Of a stretch of 64,000 nucleotides of DNA, positions 14,423 through 27,027 are shown piece after piece. Position 1 is the first letter of the stretch; every line of letters starts with the position of its first letter. A program made the translations under genes and the position numbers. The DNA lies in the NCBI RefSeq assembly GCF_000150275.1, contig NW_002060956.1, positions 752,913-816,912 of the forward strand. The letters are read 5' to 3'. The DNA comes from Trichoplax adhaerens. Taxonomy: Eukaryota; Animalia; Placozoa. A model generated the notes under the pieces. It ran no database searches. It was not told where the DNA came from and saw only the letters and a program-made list of their open reading frames with translations.

Positions 14423-16296
14423 ATGAATGAAAAGGTAAAATTGAAATCATGCGATTATGACTATGAAGCTAATGGCTCACCCAAGAAGAAAAGTAATTTT
14501 GAAATCATTAGCATAACAAATAATTACTGCCAGAGCCGGCGACAAAGTTTACTCGATGATGACACTGATGAGATAGATGGTGGATTTCGAGGGAAAGGAA
14601 ACATTCAATTCTCAAAGTCATTGATCAAGCGTCAATCAGTTAACAACTGTAATAACATTCAAGAAGAGGCAAGTAATGACAAAGTAAGCAATCACAGGAC
14701 AGAAAGTACTTGTAGCCTGGCCGTTTCCAAAAATACTCATAATAGTGCAGTAATCTCAGATGTGGCAGACAGTGCCACTTCTACATCTCGCTTCAGGATA
14801 GCTAGACAGTATAATCTATCTGAAAGGGGACGATGGACTTGTCGAGATTATATTTCAAACGAGATCAAGACGGGTAAAAAATTACATAATGATCGGTTAA
14901 TGAATGCTAAAGAGGAATGTAATTATAAAACAATTCAAAACACTAACAATGGCAATTCTAGTCTGTATCATTCAGATGATCTATCACTAGAATCGAGACG
15001 TACACTACCTGAAAATACAACAGTAAATCTATCTAAGAACGTGCCATCATTAGTCCCCAAAACTAATAGCACATTAGATCGAGCATTAACAACTACTGCC
15101 AGTACAAATATTGCCAATGCATCTATAAATAATAATGATCCACTTGCCAACCAGTCTAGCCCTAAGGAATCCGTTAACTATTTTAAAACAAATATCATCA
15201 AACATGGCCAGCTAAATTTAGGAAGAAGAAGTGAACAACCTGGAATGTTTAGACCAATTCAAGACAAGAATGGGCTATCTCCAACGAATATTGACATTAT
15301 GCACTATCAACAATATGATCTAGGATCGCCTAATGACTTTCCTAGGACTATAAATTCGCCTCTTGAAGAAAGCCTAATATTTAGAAACAGGTTTGTTAAG
15401 CAATTGTAAAAACACTGACAATGGATATTATTAAAATTAGTTGTAATATCATAAGCACCATGAACACGTAGATTGAAGTGGATGTATTATGCTCATTTTG
15501 ATTTAAAAGATATTTACAGACCTAAATTGTTTTATGCGCGTTTAGTCCACAAACTGTGCATCAAGACTGCGTTAGAGAAAGGGCATCTGTAAGTTGCAAT
15601 GTTATGTTATATTTGCTTATTGTATATATCTCAGATTTTAAAACGTTAGATAAGAATGCGTTTAGCTCGTATAATTAATATGATACGGTATACTTGTATA
15701 GTCACTTCATGAGAAATTTTTAAAAGTAAAGCGAACATAATTCACTGATCTACTCGTACTGTCTTAACTAGAATAGAATAATAAATACTATAAAATTTTT
15801 ATGTTCTATCTACTATCGTCCGCGATATTTTGTTGCAATATAAAAGTTAATAATTTCTTGCCATGTTAAGAAATGTTAATTCATGTACCGAGCAATCAGT
15901 CATTACAGTACGCGTATGTTGTATGAATTAATCATTACTGAAATGGCTAATTACAATATTCCTTCTTTCTTGCATTTTCTTGTCATTGAAAACGGATAAA
16001 AATAGACTAATTATCAATACCGTCAATATCAATATCGCAGTCCTCAGCACTTTTCGCCTCATCATCATCATCAATATCAAATAAGTAATCATGACCACTA
16101 CCATACGATTGCCGGCATTGTTGAGGAACAATTACATCGAGTTATTACGCCACTTTATGAAGCTATCGATTACCAAGTTCAGGAAATTATGAAATTAAAG
16201 GATGAAGTTAAACTTTCACGTACGGACCACTTGGTGGCTAGTGAGATTGCCTTATTAAGAGCGGAAATCGATTCCTTAACGAAAGTGTTACGATGA
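14423..16296 (+). CDS. TSC22/Bunched family long-isoform protein, paralogue A (exons 14423-15390, 15546-15588, 16006-16296)
   Basis: Motif 1 KKKSNFEIISI and motif 2 SRFRIA...ERGRWTCRDY match the conserved N-terminal motifs of long TSC22D/BunA. GT-AG junctions (phase 2, then 0) join to a His-rich and coiled-coil last exon (EIMKLKDEV..EIALLRAEIDSL). The TSC box is highly diverged. Confidence 0.8.
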
Positions 16297-17591
16297 TTAA
16301 TCGTACTTACAGTGCTTTTTGGAAGGAATTATGTATGCTAATCAGTGGTTGCTATAGCTGCAATTATATACCTGCGTAAGTATTTACAGTATATTTAATA
16401 CGCGCATATGGTAGTATATACGCTTGGTTCAAGCTTTCATCTATGTACAGTATAAGCGATACGTTTTACTTACACACTCAATTGTACAGAAGGAAAGCAA
16501 TCAAAAATTATTGCTTCTCTAAACTCCAATCTAAATCATATGATAGATAATAAAGAATTCGTGTATAGTCGTGTCTTGCTAAAGTACAGCGCTACTAAAA
16601 ATTATTTAGTAACGCGTTATGTTAGTTAACCTATCGGTATAATATTCTACAATTTAGGTAACTTTATAACTGTAATAACCTCTAATATCGCAATATATAA
16701 TTATTCCAAAGTATATACTATCATATCTAAGATTTAGGTAACTTTTATAAAACAGGCAAAAGCTTAAATTTTGATGAATACAGGATGCAGTACTATAACA
16801 TCGTTGCTAAATAAATTGCTCGGTATGACTGTTAGCTTGTAAAGATGCTATCATTAAATAATTTAAATTATTGCAAAGACTATCTTGAATAAAATACCGA
16901 ATACCTATCATATCTACTTAGGCTCTTAAAAAATTCAGACTAATATAGTTGAGGGCATAGATTACTAACACTTCGGTATTATACAATCGGCAATTACTTT
17001 TATTATCCGGTATCATTTCCTCATAACATTATTACTAAAATGTACAAGACCATCTCTTATATATTGCATATATTTATAATATGAAAAAAAATATAATTTT
17101 TGATAGCGTAAGAGTGCGATCGTTATGAAAGTATCCTATATTATTCAGCATGTTTCGATTAATATGTGTATATCGTGATTCGGACCGGAATTATGCAATT
17201 ACTAAAAGTGATTTCATAATATACAGTAACAGTATAAATAACACTTACTTTTACTATGAACATTAGCTTTATACAGTATCATAATTAAATGGTACGAATA
17301 AACGCCCATACAGCCTCTGTCAATTAGCAAATTTGCATCTAATTCCCAGATTAATTGTAATTATTTGAAATTTAGCCCATAGCTATAGTGCGGTAATATG
17401 ATGCCAGAAACTTGTAAAGTACATACTCCAATTTATACCATAAAATATAGAGCGCACACATGCAACGAGATAATAGAATTTTAAGCGTTGCATTAATTGC
17501 TCAGATATTAATTTACACTTGAATCAGCAACTAAAGCAATAAAAACTATGTTAGAGTACATGTGCTATTTTGATTTTAATGATGGCTACTT

Positions 17592-19629
17592 CTATTTTGG
17601 AACGGATTGTTGAAGGATTGCTTTTAATCGTTCTATTTCTTGCTTTAGATGAGCATTTTCTTCCATTAATAGGTGTAATTGAGCATTTTCCTCCTTTAAT
17701 CGATGTAATTGAGTATTTTCCTCCTTTAATCGATATAATTGAGCATTTTCCTCCTTTAATCCATGTAATTGAGCATTTTCCTCCTCTAATCGATGTAATT
17801 GAGCATTTTCCTCCTCTAATTTAGCGTTTGAATGAATTAAATGGCTACAATGTCGATGCACCTCTCGCCTTAGCATATCAGTAATGCCATCCTAATATAC
17901 AATAGATACAAATATGTGAATACTACAAACCAGAGTGATTGCCTTATAAAACAGAGTATAATTTCATCGGTACGATAATCGAATATGCATTTACCATGAA
18001 TCTGTTAGTCATTTCATTGCATTCGTTATGCTGGAAGCTAAATCAAAAATGAAAGGAATACATTATTAGCAACGGAGAACTATATCAGCGGGGTTATAAG
18101 AAATTCTGTATCACTATAGATGAGTAGTTTACACGATATTTAACGTAATGTTTAATAAGCATATAGGAAATATCATATGATCAATCCACTGATTTATGGC
18201 TGTGTCAGTTTTTAACGGTGTTTTAATATACTAAAATCAGAGATCGATGATAGCGTAATCAGACAACCTTACTGATCACTATGAATGCTATCTTCGATGT
18301 ACTGTACAATAATTTTTAATTAAGCAACCTGTGTTGAGGGCCAAGAATAGCGCTGTTGGCAACACCAGTTGAAAATTGATTGTCCTGAATAGATTGTGTG
18401 GGATTACTCAGATTACCAACGGGAAAATTGTTCTCCTGTAAAGGTGGCGGTAAATAATTTCCTGTAATATTACTAGTTGGAGCATTATTAATAGGGGCAC
18501 CATTCTCGGTTAAAATAGGAGTATAATTGCTGTCAACAGCTTGAGACATGTTTGGGTAGCCAAAGTTCTCTGTCGAAGTAGTGTTGGTAGTAGCATTACT
18601 CTCTGTAGGCGATATCTGATTAAGCACCATATCATTTAATTCTTCTTCTTGAATACCTTCTATTCCAATATTGGTCATTACATCACTACCGCTGTTAGAA
18701 ATTCCTGATGCTTGAGAAACGGTATTATTGACATTTGTAACATCGTTATTAACATACACACTGACATCTTCATTGCTTTCAACGATATTATTTGTATCGT
18801 TAGGTATATTTGCATTCCCAATGACAGTAAGTATTTCATTTTCTTGAACGATAGGCTGTTGTTGAGATTCGTTTTGTGGTAATTGATCTAATTGTTGCAT
18901 TGTTGGTTGTGAATGTTGAGCTTGCACCTGTACTGATGATCCAACCTCATTCAGTTCGCGTAATGTCTGATCAGTGTACTGAAGCGCATTTTGTTGCATT
19001 GTATCGTTAGGTACAATTAAATCAGCATCAGGTATACTAGGATTAACAGGCTGCTGCTGTATATCGTCAGTATTATTAATGTTTTGTGACGGCTGGGGGA
19101 CCACAGGAGACGGTAATGTTATTGAAGGTTGTTGTGGCTGCCGCTGTTGAGATGGTTGCTGTTGATGCTTATTGTTGCTTTCATCCAAATTATTGATGCC
19201 ATCATCCACGGTAGTGTCACTGCCAGCATCTGATTTAATAATTTCCTGTCTTCTTTCTAGATAATCACGACAATTCCAGCGCCCGCGCTTGAAAGTCTTA
19301 TTCCTAACATCAATAATTACACGAAAGCGAGAAGTCGGAGGAACATTGTGGCCATTTGTTGTTGCCTCGACTTTCTCTTGTTGTTCTTCAATAGGCAATA
19401 AAGCATTATCGTTTATAGTTAATGTACTATCGTTATTATCGTATACTTCACTATCTTCCAACTCATCGTCAACTACACTAATATTGACAATTTCACTTTT
19501 GGTAGATCTGATGCTGGTAATTTCAAAATTGCTTTTTTTCTTTTGTAAAATACTTGATTGAAGATTAATGGGTTTCTGATCAGGAGCGACTACAGCTATG
19601 GTAGATTCCTTTAAATCGCCCTCGGCCAT
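17592..19629 (-). CDS. TSC22/Bunched family long-isoform protein, paralogue B (exons 18329-19629, 17995-18037, 17592-17891)
   Basis: KKKSNFEITSI, SRFRVII..FKRGRWNCRDY and a Q/P/N-rich disordered region. The spliced TSC-box-like EMTNRFM|DGITDMLRREV is followed by an LEEENAQL leucine zipper. The first true ATG is at 19629 (the ORF track starts at a GTG). Confidence 0.87.
17640..17819 (-). repeat. 30-bp coding minisatellite, 6 copies, encoding (LxEENAQLxx)6
   Basis: gatgtaattgagcattttcctcctttaatc repeats in register within the last exon of TSC22 paralogue B. Confidence 0.95.
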
Positions 19630-21991
19630 GATGAAAGATAAACTTTCCACACTACTTGTAAAACACTTAACGATCTATCTTTCTTTTAAGAAACAAACGT
19701 GTAAATATTAATGGTTCGCTGTCTTATACCAAAGTTTGATTAGTCAAGGCTTGCAAACTTAGCTATATTGTACGTAGGGATTGCTAAGTATACTAAGAAG
19801 TACAATCTTGTGGGGGGGGGGATTTCAGTATTTGAACAATATTATCTGATAACGAAGGGTTCTTTTCTTTTCGATTATGACAATGAATTGTTTTTTAGAC
19901 TTAATCCGTAAATGTGTTCGTATCTATCCAATTAGGTTTTTAAAATTTCCTGTCTTTTAAAGTTTTGCAACTTGGATGACGACCAGAAGTTATGAAAAAT
20001 GACATTAAAAAAATAATCTCCTGTGAAGTACCGTTTTAATTTCTTTTTGATTTGAAATTTTTCTATCCCTCCTTCTGGTCAGTGAAGTCGGAGGAAACAC
20101 GATAGCAGTCTATCGCGTTGATAACAAAGTTGAATTGAATTTGTCTGTAGATACTATGATAAAATGCAGTCTTGTATGTGCAATCTGCTTTTTCTTGATG
20201 CGCACAGTTTGAGACCGCAGAAGATCTTAATAATATTAATTAGCTATCAACCACAAAGTAGGAAAATGGTGCTCGATAGCAAAATAAACCTATACTAGGC
20301 CTACTGTGATAACAATACTACGTGGTTGAATAGTGAATGAGTAACACCCTGTTTTTAAAATAAAAAATAAAAAGCAATGAAACCTTGTACTGAGTATAGT
20401 TATGACTGAAGTCGTTTGGATTTCAAGACAACAGTAATCCAAGTTCAAAGCAGAACTTACTATCGCAGCAGTAAAAATAAGTAAGATTATGACAGTGATA
20501 GAGCTTTTCTGCGATACCAAAGAATGATCACCAGTCCAATGTCGGTCTATACTCTCGATACATAAAGTGCCTTAACATTTCAACATGGCCAATACAAAGT
20601 AGTCTAGAGCTATCCACTCCTCACAACTGGGGAGTGCCTTGATGTTGTGGCAGCTTGGTTTTAAGACGTTGAATAACCATATCGTCGATTTATTTTTTCG
20701 CCTTTCAACAACAGAATTTGGTTTATGAGGCTATATCAAAGTAATTTTCTTAGGATAAGCCAATCTGTTTAACGTAAATTTGATTTACTTTTACTTTGGT
20801 GTCGTGCAGTCAGTCACTGCCTTTCGACACTACTTTCTTCCTATTGACCTGTGTGGAGGCTTCAGTCTGCTTCACGATACAGTCAGTCACAGTATTGAAG
20901 TTTGGTAAAAGCGAACGGTCACACACGGCTGACGGGGGGGGGAACACGATCTGTGCCACTGTGCTAGTAGAGTACAGTATGAGAAACGAAGTGCTCAGTG
21001 CGATACCAGGGAATTCTCTGATCTAGACGCTATATTGTCCATTTGCTTGCATAGCACAGTATACAGCGGCCACACTGATTACACCTAGCACTTCAAATCC
21101 CTAACAATAAGTTTTTACAGTCAGCAACGACAATTTGGTAATGCTATTCTTCTTTCCTTTCCGAGAGTTGTGTGCGTAATATAGGACTTAGTATTAAAAG
21201 CGTTTTTTCCTGCGTTCTTTTGATACGTTGCAGTTCTGTACAGTATACTGTACTGTACTGTGACAATGAATTCATGATACAGTACAGTACTGTATATTAA
21301 ACCCTTACTTTTACTTTGTACTGTAGCCGTTCGACTACTTGAACTAATGATTATGAAGAAATTAGACGTCGTACGCCAATTTGAATGACTGAACTATGTT
21401 GGTTAACTCTCTACTGATTGATGTATAATTTATCTAGGATAAAAAAATGATTTTTGTTCCAATTTTTCGGCTCAAAGTTTGGCGGCATACTGTACTGTAC
21501 ACTGTACAGTACAGTATGCTAGAAGCTTTTTTCTACCGTAGTCTGTACAGTACTGTACTATACTGCATCGATATAGAAAAGAAAAGAGAAAGAGATTGAC
21601 TGAAACTCTGAAAGTGAAAAACGACCGTCCAAATGTGCACTACAGTACTGTACGGTAACCCAGAAGGCTTAGATAATACTGTGTGCCGTACGGTTCCATG
21701 TAGTCGGTCAATTTCTACAACAGCGCAAGACCACTTCAAGTCTTTCTCTTTCTACAGTACAAAAATCGTTCATCACATACTGTACTGTACTGTAGGTGAT
21801 GTATCGTAGATATCGCAGCGCGAAACTTTTTGTTTTACAAAACTAAAAATTAACACTACAGTACGGGGATGCTTGTATCAAATATTGATGTTAACTCATG
21901 GATTGGACTTTTAAAAGATCCTTTTCAGGCTGCTTGGTTATAATACGCCACACTATTTGATTAAGATGGCACCGCATAGGTGAATAATGAC

Positions 21992-22675
21992 TGGTAGATG
22001 TCAGCAGTCTACTAGCGACTACAAGAGAGTCTATTAGGTCTCTAGTGACTACTAAAGGCAGACAAAGTCCCTGATAGAAATAATTGTTGATATGCATTGC
22101 AATTTCTACTTTGGGACAGTAAACTAGTGTCTACGAATAGTCATCTTACTGTAAAAAAAGAATTTGGAAGATTCCGGTTGATTTGATAGATACTATCTAT
22201 GTAAAGTTTTTATTTGGTTGGTAGATGTCAGCAGTCAGTACTAGGGACTACAAGAGAGTCTATTAGGGTCTCTAGTGACTACTAAAGGCAGACAAAGTCC
22301 CTGATAGAAATAATTGTTGATATGCATTGCAATTTCTACTTTGGGACAGCAAACTACAGTGTCTACCAATAGTCATCTTACTGTAAAAAAAGAATTTGGA
22401 AGATTCCGGTTGATTTAATAGGTATTATCTATGTAAAGTTTTTATTTGGTTGGTAGATGTCAGCAGTCAGTACTAGGGACTACAAGAGAGTCTATTAGGG
22501 TCTCTAGTGACTACTAAAGGCAGACAAAGTCCCTGATAAAAATAATTGATGTGCATTACAATTTCTACTTTGAGACAGCAAACTACAGTGTCTACCAATA
22601 GTCGTCTTACTGTAAAAAAAGAATTGAAGATTCCGGTCCATTTGATAGATAACATCTATGTAAAGTTTTTATTTA
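21992..22675. repeat. ~230-bp tandem repeat, 3 copies
   Basis: tggtagatgtcagcagtc...tatgtaaagtttttattt starts at ~21992, ~22219 and ~22451. Confidence 0.95.
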
Positions 22676-22953
22676 CAGTTTCGAGATCAAGCATCGATCT
22701 CGGCTTACGATGCAGATCATAAATATCTTTAAATAAAAGACGATTTAAAGTAAAGTGTATTTATTACATTATCAATTACTATACTGTACTGAGATTTTAT
22801 CTCTGTCGGTCAGAATAATTCCATGTAACGCAGTATTCCATAGAGCATGGAAGTAGTGTTTGTGAGATTTGCATAGAACACGATATACAGGATTATAGTA
22901 ATAAATGAGAACATATGAGCAAGATTGGAATAAAGACTTTTGTTGAGAAATGT

Positions 22954-22969
22954 GGCTTTAAAAAAAGCC
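22954..22969 (-). promoter_or_regulatory. Histone mRNA 3' stem-loop
   Basis: The minus strand reads aaacGGCTTT-TTTT-AAAGCCaca: a 6-bp stem with a 4-nt loop, A-rich 5' flank and ACA 3' flank, ~50 nt after the H2A stop. Confidence 0.9.
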
Positions 22970-23020
22970 GTTTGTTTTAATTCTACAGCACGCTAACTGC
23001 TTTATTCATAAATTGGGAAA

Positions 23021-23434
23021 TTAGTATTCCTGGGATTGGCTGGAACCCTTCTTGGAGCCGGCGATTGGTACTTTGCTCTTCTTGGGCAAAAGTACAGCCT
23101 GGATGTTAGGCAATACACCACCTTGGGCGATGGTGACTCCGCTCAAGAGTTTGTTCAATTCTTCATCATTTCTGATGGCCAATTGCAAGTGACGAGGAAC
23201 AATTCTCTGTTTCTTGTTGTCGCGAGCGGCATTACCTGCCAATTCCAAGATTTCAGCAGCCAAGTATTCCATTACTGCTGCAAGGTAAACTGGAGCACCA
23301 GCACCAACACGTTCGGCATAGTTGCCTTTTCTCAACATTCTGTGTACACGACCGACAGGGAATTGTAGACCGGCACGAGTTGATCGAGATTTGGCCTTAT
23401 TGCGAGCTTTTCCTCCTTTACCACGTCCAGACAT
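23021..23434 (-). CDS. H2AX: Histone H2A.X (intronless)
   Basis: Canonical H2A core ([44 protein letters not shown]) with an extended tail ending in SQEY. Confidence 0.97.
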   Translation of the reverse strand: MSGRGKGGKARNKAKSRSTRAGLQFPVGRVHRMLRKGNYAERVGAGAPVYLAAVMEYLAAEILELAGNAARDNKKQRIVPRHLQLAIRNDEELNKLLSGVTIAQGGVLPNIQAVLLPKKSKVPIAGSKKGSSQSQEY

Positions 23435-23489
23435 GATGATTAGTAGATGATTGCAAGAATTCGATAATTACTGTGAACAATTTCGAATA

Positions 23490-23640
23490 CATAACCAATT
23501 TGTCCAAAGATCATCCAATTTATACATTAAGGTCCGGATCGAAGAGAACCAATCACAGTTGATCACTAATTGGCTCCGATCAGGTCCGCAAATCCAGATC
23601 GAGCTGCCGGATCGAATTTGGATTGTGCGCACTGGTTCTA
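23490..23640. promoter_or_regulatory. H2A.X promoter with TATA and CCAAT boxes, in the divergent H2A.X/UBE2T interval
   Basis: Minus-strand TATAAA at 23519-23524; CCAAT/ATTGG at ~23496, ~23549 and ~23569; ccggatcgaa occurs twice. Confidence 0.6.
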
Positions 23641-24024
23641 GATACGTTTTCGCGCTAAATACAATACTATACTGAGTGCAGTGGTAGTACTACTACAGTA
23701 ATGCAATACGCGATGATGACTGCGAGAAACTTAACACATACAGACCGCTTTGCTGAGTACTGAGTGTACACTTGAAGCGGTACAGTATAGCTATGTACAT
23801 TACTGTATTGTGTGAATGTGAAGTAAAGAGTTGTAAATTCTCCATAGCAGCAGATCCCATTTCTGACCTCGATTAATAAATTATTTTTATTATAGTATAG
23901 TAGTCCGCCACATTGGATCCTTCACTGTAGTTGATTTTAAGATTACCTTAAAGGTCGATTATTTCTAAAATATACTGATGTTCATGTAGTACTGTAGCCT
24001 ATGTACTCATCGTGAAATTACGAT

Positions 24025-25417
<1,393 letters not shown>

Positions 25418-26408
25418 TTGACTGCAATTAGCCTAACCAGTTTCAGAAAAGCAATTTGTAAATATTACAGAAATTTCGCACCTTATTTATGTAATGATGT
25501 ATATTCTGCCATAAATCCTATTTATGTGCTAATATCTGTATATTGGTAATTGTCATGGTCATTTGAAGTCAGCTGTATAAAGATTGAAACCTAACTTTTT
25601 GGAAAATGTGCAATTGATTAGGTTTGGCATTTCTATAGCCTAGATTTATCATCTATTTCCAAAAATATACGTATATGTTGTAAACTCAAGAGTTTCGAGG
25701 TTTCATGCAGGATATGAGACGTACAGTATAGTAGTCATTCTTGAGTATCTCTATACACGTCTATATCATGCATATATACACTATTACAGTACTGTATGCA
25801 ATTATTTTATTGGCAACAAGTATATAATACCAAATTATTCTAAAATAATGTAATAGCCAGAGCCTGAGATTGATCATTTCAAATTGATTTGTAAATAAAA
25901 GGAGAATTTTTGAAAGTCAAATGGTTGTATCTATAAAGCTACGTCAAAAACAAGTACAAATACCAGCATCATTGGTGTACCAACATACAACTGTAGCATG
26001 AACAGTAAATTGCTAGTATTGGTTAGGGAATGACTATGTGGAAATGTAGGCCAGACAGAAGGGGAAAATGACATGGTTTATGGTTATCATCCAAGTTGAT
26101 CATCGATTATAATTTAATTTCATTTTTCAGGAAAATGAAGTCAAGCAGCTGACGAAAGTACATGCTGTAGTCAGCTCATTTACTGACGTTAGTAACATGA
26201 CAGCTTCTTAATCGCGCTTGTCTATGGGATCCATTTCAAGTACCAAAAGCTTTGGATTTTTCCAAGCAATTACTATCGTCAGTGTGGATTTTTATGTATC
26301 CAGTAGGTCCTATTTTGCCAATGGAGCAGAGTAGAATTCTCCTTGGCATGATCTATGGTCAAATTCAAGCTCATCTTCATGATTGCTTGCTGACAATATC
26401 AGGCAACC

Positions 26409-26905
26409 CTACAGTACAGTACAGTAGTCTAGTGTACAGTACACTGTACTGTACTATACAGTACGGAAAGACTTACAGACTGTACTCTACTGTACAGTAC
26501 AGTACAGTACGTCAGGTCTAACTCTACAGTACAGTACTACTACTACTAGTAGAGTACTGTAGTACTGTACTGTACTGTACTATACGGTATGGAAAGACTG
26601 ACAGATTGTGCTATACTGTACTACTACTACTACTACTGTACAGAACTGTACTACTAGTAGAGGTTCCGGTACAGTACTATAAAAGGACGGTAGTACTGTA
26701 CAGTAGTCTAGTGTACCTGTACATACACTGTACTGTACAGAAAGACTGACAGACTGTACTCTACTAGTGTACTACAGTACTAGTCGAGGTTCCGGTACAG
26801 TACAGTACTATAAAAAGACGGTAGTACTGTAGTCTAGTGTACTGTACTATACAGTGCGGAAAGACTGACAGACTTACTGTACACCGCCCCTATAGCAACT
26901 GTACT
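26409..26905. repeat. Composite tandem repeat embedded in (TACAG/CTGTA)n low-complexity DNA
   Basis: gaaagactgacagactgtact occurs 4 times (~26467, 26592, 26740, 26860); gaggttccggtacagtac..tataaaa.gacggtagtactgta occurs twice (~26660, 26786). Confidence 0.9.
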
Positions 26906-27027
26906 GCACTGAGAGAGAGTTTATTTGCGGTCAATCTTGGTTAGCGAATGACGTGAACGCTCAATGTAGAACCAATATGTCCTAAAGCAAGACACACCAT
27001 GTTTACAGCTCGACTGATTTTTGGGCC

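Noticed and set aside
17570-17824. Plus-strand ORF with IEHFPPLI repeats
   Set aside because: Antisense shadow of the TSC22-B zipper repeat.
23036-23368. 110-aa ORF overlapping H2A.X
   Set aside because: Antisense shadow of a conserved histone, with no independent features.
26252-26521. ORFs with STVQYS-like repeats (also 21533-21739, 37477-37745)
   Set aside because: Translations of cagta low-complexity DNA.
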